A stretch of DNA of 64,000 nucleotides from Macrostomum lignano. Its lineage: Eukaryota. A program made the position numbers and the translations under genes. How positions within the stretch are numbered: position 1 is the stretch's first letter; each line of letters starts with the position of its first letter. The stretch lies in contig NIVC01000247.1 of NCBI GenBank assembly GCA_002269645.1, positions 559,095 through 623,094 of the forward strand, read 5' to 3'. This document shows positions 58,901 through 64,000 of this stretch, one piece after another. The notes under the pieces are model-generated. The model was given only the letters and a program-made list of their open reading frames with translations. It searched no databases and was not told the DNA's origin.

Positions 58901-61900
58901 CTAAACCCAACCTCCTAAACCTAATCTCCAATGCCCGAACGGTAGACTGTTGATATTGTCATCAAAAATGAATCTCTTGTTATCTGCACCTGACAGTCCA
59001 ATCTTCTTTTGCTGAATTGTGTGAATAATATGGTTTTTAGATTGTAGCTTTGAGAACTCATGTGATGTCTTTTTGTTGCAATTCAAGGCGTCTCTGTATT
59101 CAGCTTCATTAAGTTCCTTCCTAACCACACGTTTCGGAATTCCCTTTGATTTTTTAATTGGGTCTGACGACTCACATTTTATAAAATAGGACTTTGCTCT
59201 CAACCCAATGAATTCAGTGATTATGTCACCAACAATCTCGTCCTTCATTTTCCCAATCACTTTCTTGTTAGTGGCGTCAAACATTTGATCGCCATTCTGT
59301 GTCCTACAAAATTCATCATACTCAGACAAGTCAAACAAATCTTTTTGCTGCAGCATGTCCTGATAAATGTCCTCTGTTTGAATGTCCATAATAAAACTGT
59401 CTGTGTCAGTGTACAAGAGTTTCATTTTATCCTTGTACTGCTGCTTCATGCCATAGAAGAACTGGTACATCAGACGTTTTGATTCGTCGAGAACAGTGAC
59501 ACCTGTATAGATCGGCTTGCGCAGCGTCACCTTGGTTTTGTAAAATATGATCACACCTAAGTAGCTATTGAAGATATGGAGTTCTTTGAACGTTGGCTTT
59601 GACATATTTGCCTGAATAACAGCAGGCTCTGATGAGGTAACAAGTTTCAGGTTTGTTCTTTTCCGCTCATTCTCAAGAGTCTTGCCATAGACAGAGTTGT
59701 TGGCCAACTTAAAGAGGTTCTTGTCAAAGTCGTTGGTTGCTTTGGTCCTAAACTGGGTGTTCTTATCAATGTAGGGTTTCATCCACGCTTCCTCTGTAAA
59801 TGTAAGAGCCCGGTGAACTTTGGTGACCCTGCAACCCAGTGAGATAAAATATTGAAGCAGTTTGTAATGGATTTTGTAACGTGTCTTGTTGTTTAGATTC
59901 TGTGTTAGTTTCTCTGTATGTTCTTTTTCTGTTCCTGACAGGTGCCAAGTTCCATTATTATCATTGGGAGTTTCGATTATTTTCGGGCACTTGATGTTCC
60001 CTGGGAAGGGTGGAAAGTCAGAGAAATAGTCGTGAAGCTCTGGTGGAATGTAAACATCAACCTCATAAATGGCAGCCAATGAAAAGTCCTGTTTGAATTC
60101 TGATGAGGGTAGCCATCGAAAATCTCTAACTGGAAGATCTTGACTCATCGCCCACCCGTAGAGATTATTAGCGTCCAAGTAAGTAATGTAGTTTGAGGGC
60201 TGCTCCTTATTGTAAGATCCAATGTAGGGGTTGTTTGCTTTTGCATACCTGTTAACACAAATTGAGATTCCCCCTCGCTTTGACGATTCGACAAAATTGT
60301 ACATGTCAATGTCTGTAAGAAGTTCAATGTACCAATCTGGATCTTGATCCCATTTCATTTTAAGCAAAGATTCCCAGCTAGTGGCAGGCAGAGACACATA
60401 ATGTGCTGGATCGAGGCCGTATGCTGTGTACCAGGTGTATCTAAAGGTTTCAAACACATCGGCCAGCAGAAACACATCTGTGAAGAGGTAAAGCAGGTGA
60501 TACTGGAAGAAGTTTTGACAATTAAAGTAATTATAGACATGCTTCGCGTGCTCATAGTCTTTGTCAGAGATTCCAGAGTCTGTTAGTTTTGAAAAGAACT
60601 TCTCCTGTGGTGGTAAACCATCTTCAAATACGTGATACCCAGTAATATTTTCATAGGGGTAGAAGCCTTTCTTTCTTAAAAGTTTAAATGATTCATCACT
60701 GTTGTTAATTTTACTTGCAAACATCTTTGTATATGTACATTGTTCATCTTTTAGATTCTTGCTTAGTTCGTCTAGACTGGCAGCTAGAAATTGATATGAA
60801 TCCTTCAGTCTTATTTTACCTTTACCTAAATTATCCTGTTTAATATCAACACACTTAAACTTCTCCTTGTTCTCTGCGATGCAATCAAGGTGTATGTCTG
60901 GAATCATGCCGATTTTTTCAACTATTAAATGCATGTCATAGTTCTTTGCGTTGTGACAAAATATCGTTAGATCATGAATGTTCGATTTTAGCTTTAGATT
61001 ACAGGTGTTATGCGCTGCACCTCTAAATTTCCCAGTAAAGTGGCAGTGGTCCCTAACGGTGGGGTTTTTAATATTAGTGCAAGTTAAATGTTTCCTGCAG
61101 ATGTGGCAATGAGTTGCTGATAGGAAATTGCTTTCATCCTCCTCAGACATCATTATTGGAACAGGTTGAAGGGTGCTAATCACTTTTTGCAACTCTAACA
61201 TTCTGGCAATAAACTGCTCCACACACTGCTCTCCAAAGAAATAATTATACTCAACAAGTCCTTTTGTATTAATAAAGGCATATGCTACTGAATTGGGGAC
61301 ATGTTTTTGAGTTTGAGTTTGTTTTTGAGTTTCCGGCACGATTGAGCATTCGAAATCAGCATATACAACAAATGGGAGCTTCTCCATCTTGTGATAGTTC
61401 TTAAATCGGAGATACTTCTCTTCAGCTGAAGGAAGAGAGCAGTTTGTTGGGTGATCCTCGCATGATAATTCATGCTCTGCTAGTTTTTCAAAGCGTTCAG
61501 GTCCACTGTAATGCTTAAGGCACAAGCGGCAGATGGCAACAGCCTCGTGATGATTATTCAACTGCTTGTGAATGAGTCTTGAAAGATCTTTAATCCAAAC
61601 ATAGTGAGCCTCCTCTAGTAAATTACCAATCACTAGAAGATCCACTTCAGTCCGCCTTTTCCCCTCAGGATCTAAAACGTCTTTGCTACATCTGACCGGT
61701 TGAACTTTCTCAGTTTTTTTCACTCCACTCAAAGACTGTGATTCTATTTTGTTATTAAACACTTCTTCTAGCTTTGGGATCTGAGAGATCGCCAAGCCTC
61801 CTTTGTCAAACCTGATTCCCTTCTTTTCGCATTCAATGAGATAGTAGTTGAAATAATTTTGATAATTTGAGGTTCTTTCGGGGTGGTGAGGGACACAAAA

Positions 61901-62759
61901 AGTGCAGAAAGAACTGCCCATAGGCACAGCAATTGTCTTTATTTTAACATTTATGCAAGCTTTTTTGCCGGCTAGCTTGTGGGAGCTCTATATAAGAGGA
62001 GGCTTTAAGTGGGTCATATTTCATGACCATGACAGTCGCTCTTTGAATCCCTCCCACGACCCATCCGGAACCTCTGGATGTAAACGCTTCAATTTTCTTA
62101 GTGACATCTTGAAGGAATGGATCCAGTGTGTCTGTAGGGGTGAATGGCTTTGCCTTTGTTGTCATGTAATACTCGAGATGCTCAGTGGGTTTCGCAGGCA
62201 TATAAAACGCAATCTTGAATGATATCTGTAGTTTAAAAGTCTTGCGTGTTTTGAGTGTGTGATCAACAACTGATTGGATGCTGTGTTTATAGTCGTAGAT
62301 ATTTGCGGTGGTACCGTTGGTGCCGTTAATTGGGATTGTGTACTCTATGTAATGTTCTGTAAACTTTAATGTGCAAAATTAATCTCTTCAGTGGCAAGCT
62401 CCGACTCTTTTAAATGGATTAATTGCTCTAATTTCTCTTGTTCCTGCTTATTTTGTGGGTACTTTGCTTTTTCACCAGTGAGAGTTTCGTATTTGTTAAC
62501 TAAGTTGCGACTCCTCTCTTGGTGTTCCTTTGCAGAATTTTTTATAGGCGCATACTGGTTTGATTCTAATTGATTGATGATTTCCAACTGTTTTTCATAG
62601 CTTCCCAGGTGACCAGGGTCGGTGTTAAACTTTTGTTTACATGCTTCTCTTAGTGAATTACTTTTGTCTTGAAATGAGACGCCTTTTAAGGTGTAGGGTA
62701 GGTAAATGAGACGAAAAATATTTGTTGACTAAATCTCTTGCTGGATTGGCTTTTGGCAT
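58901..62759 (-). CDS. polB: Protein-primed family B DNA polymerase; core uninterrupted to ~61900, N-terminal part (to the ATG at 62759) broken by several 1-bp indels
   Basis: YADFEC, CHIC...DHCHFTGKFRGAAHNTCNL, HNAKNYDMHLI, DSYQFL, YLDANNLYGWAM, KLANNSVYGK, YTDTDS. Upstream frames give GSGW...KYDPLKASSYIELP and KKACINVKN. Confidence 0.96.
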
Positions 62760-62884
62760 TTTTTTCTCTAAAATATAAAAAAAAATTTGAGGGTTACCAC
62801 CCTGATAGAAAAGTTGAACTGTTTCTACATCCTATAAGTAGCGCTAGGTTTATGAAGCTGGATAAAGTGGGGTTTTAAACCTCA

Positions 62885-63332
62885 TCACATACGCATTATT
62901 GTAAACCCAGCATTGTGCAGTGTCATGATAGCTTTGACAATGTCAGACTTGCTTACAGAATTTTCATGCTCACAATCATCACGATCGGGCAGCCCTCTCC
63001 TGCCTTAATTGTTATACCTTTGTCTCTTGCAATCTTTTGCAATTCAAGCTGGTGGGCTCTATCATTACCAGCTTTAACAGCAGTTGCTACACTCCAGCTA
63101 CACCACCTGCGGCACTTACAGCGCCTGCGCAATGATCGGGAATAAGAGCTGCTAATGGTAGGATTCCTCCTGACTTTTCATCTGTGATGCTGTGTCTTTG
63201 CTCATTACACTGAAGTATTTGCTGCGTGGGATCGATTTTTACTTTGACACCTTTAATTGATATAAGACCTGGTTTCTTTGATTCAATGATTTTATTGAGT
63301 TTATTGATGGTTCTGGTTTCAATCTTTGTCAT
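62885..63332 (-). CDS. Adenovirus pX (mu)-like core protein precursor, frameshifted
   Basis: KSGGILPLAALIP(II)AGAVSAAGGVAG(G)VATAVKA resembles the adenovirus pX signal GGILPLLIPLIAAAIGAVPGIASVAL; the reconstruction needs 2-3 indels. Confidence 0.65.
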
Positions 63333-63419
63333 TTTTTATTAATATTTTAATTAATTTCTGTGTCAGCTGGTATCACTAGGAGTTCAGCTCTAGTGAATGA
63401 CCGCGTGGGGGATTTAGGG

Positions 63420-63737
63420 TTAAAGGCTGAGATAAAAGTAATAGTCACCGGAGTCGGAGGTAAAATGTCTGTCTATTTTATGCACATCAAGGCTGAAGTA
63501 TGGATCTGTAGCTCTTCTTTTGGTGTCTTTCTCTAGCTCTCCAGGTAGATATAAAAAGCGTAGAAACTCAGAGTTTGTCAGTATGTATGGTGATTCAACT
63601 CCTGGAAGCTTAGGGTAGTTCGAGTGTGTTTGTGTTGTGCGTGTTGGTGGGGTTGTCGTGTTGTTGTCTGTTCTATGAGATGCCTTAAGTTCGACAGTGT
63701 CTTGTTTAATTGCATGGGATGGTTTCAATCCAGTCAT
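63420..63737 (-). CDS. Hypothetical viral protein, possibly the C-terminal part of a longer frameshifted ORF
   Basis: 105-aa open frame lying between the pX-like gene and the window end. Confidence 0.4.
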   Translation of the reverse strand: MTGLKPSHAIKQDTVELKASHRTDNNTTTPPTRTTQTHSNYPKLPGVESPYILTNSEFLRFLYLPGELEKDTKRRATDPYFSLDVHKIDRHFTSDSGDYYFYLSL

Positions 63738-64000
63738 GCGTGTGACTTCATTGTTCAGTTGCTCTATAACAGTGGGGAGTCTTTCTGTCCACTTGGTATA
63801 GTACTGACCACTTTTTAGTTTCAGCTCTTCAGCTGTCTGCTTAGTGAATAGCCTCTTTGGCTAGAGTTAGATTGAATCTCTCAACGTACGCTTGATCCCT
63901 GTGCAAGTTTGTTCTTTCCGTAGCGAATCTCTGTATTGTGCTTTTCCATAAGGGATTTCACTGCACCCATGAATTCCTTACCCGGGTCGGTCATAAAGAT

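Larger units (their letters stand above)
49828..64000. mobile_element. Polinton/Maverick (adintovirus-like) endogenous dsDNA virus; continues beyond the window end
   Basis: Dense, AT-rich, intronless ORF cluster with pPolB, an A32/FtsK-type ATPase, an adenain-type protease, and major and minor capsid proteins. The left boundary is inferred from AGTAGT at 49828 followed by repeat arrays. Confidence 0.95.

Overview
This is a repeat-rich, intron-containing eukaryotic (animal) window; a flatworm such as Macrostomum is my inference from the style of the sequence, not something I can prove. From left to right it holds: a small secreted Cys-rich ORF; a full-length 5.8-kb non-LTR retrotransposon (ORF1 + APE/RT/RNase H, LOA/R1-like) with a 13-bp target-site duplication; and a segmental duplication carrying two class-A GPCR paralogues. 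These are followed by SINE, LINE and Ty3/gypsy remnants, an hnRNP A-like fragment and many minisatellites. At 34222-47304 is a 4-exon gene that fuses an N-myristoylation motif and ~99 near-identical 99-bp ankyrin-type repeats, variable mainly at one dipeptide, to a Mab-21/cGAS-like nucleotidyltransferase with intact catalytic motifs. From ~49828 to the window end lies a near-intact Polinton/adintovirus-like endogenous DNA virus (minor and major capsid, packaging ATPase, adenain protease, protein-primed PolB, pX-like and amphipathic core-like proteins). The most interesting candidate system is the DARPin-like hypervariable ankyrin sensor fused to the cGAS-like enzyme. Many 1-5 bp indels may be long-read consensus errors, so repeat number, repeat order and pseudogene status are uncertain.
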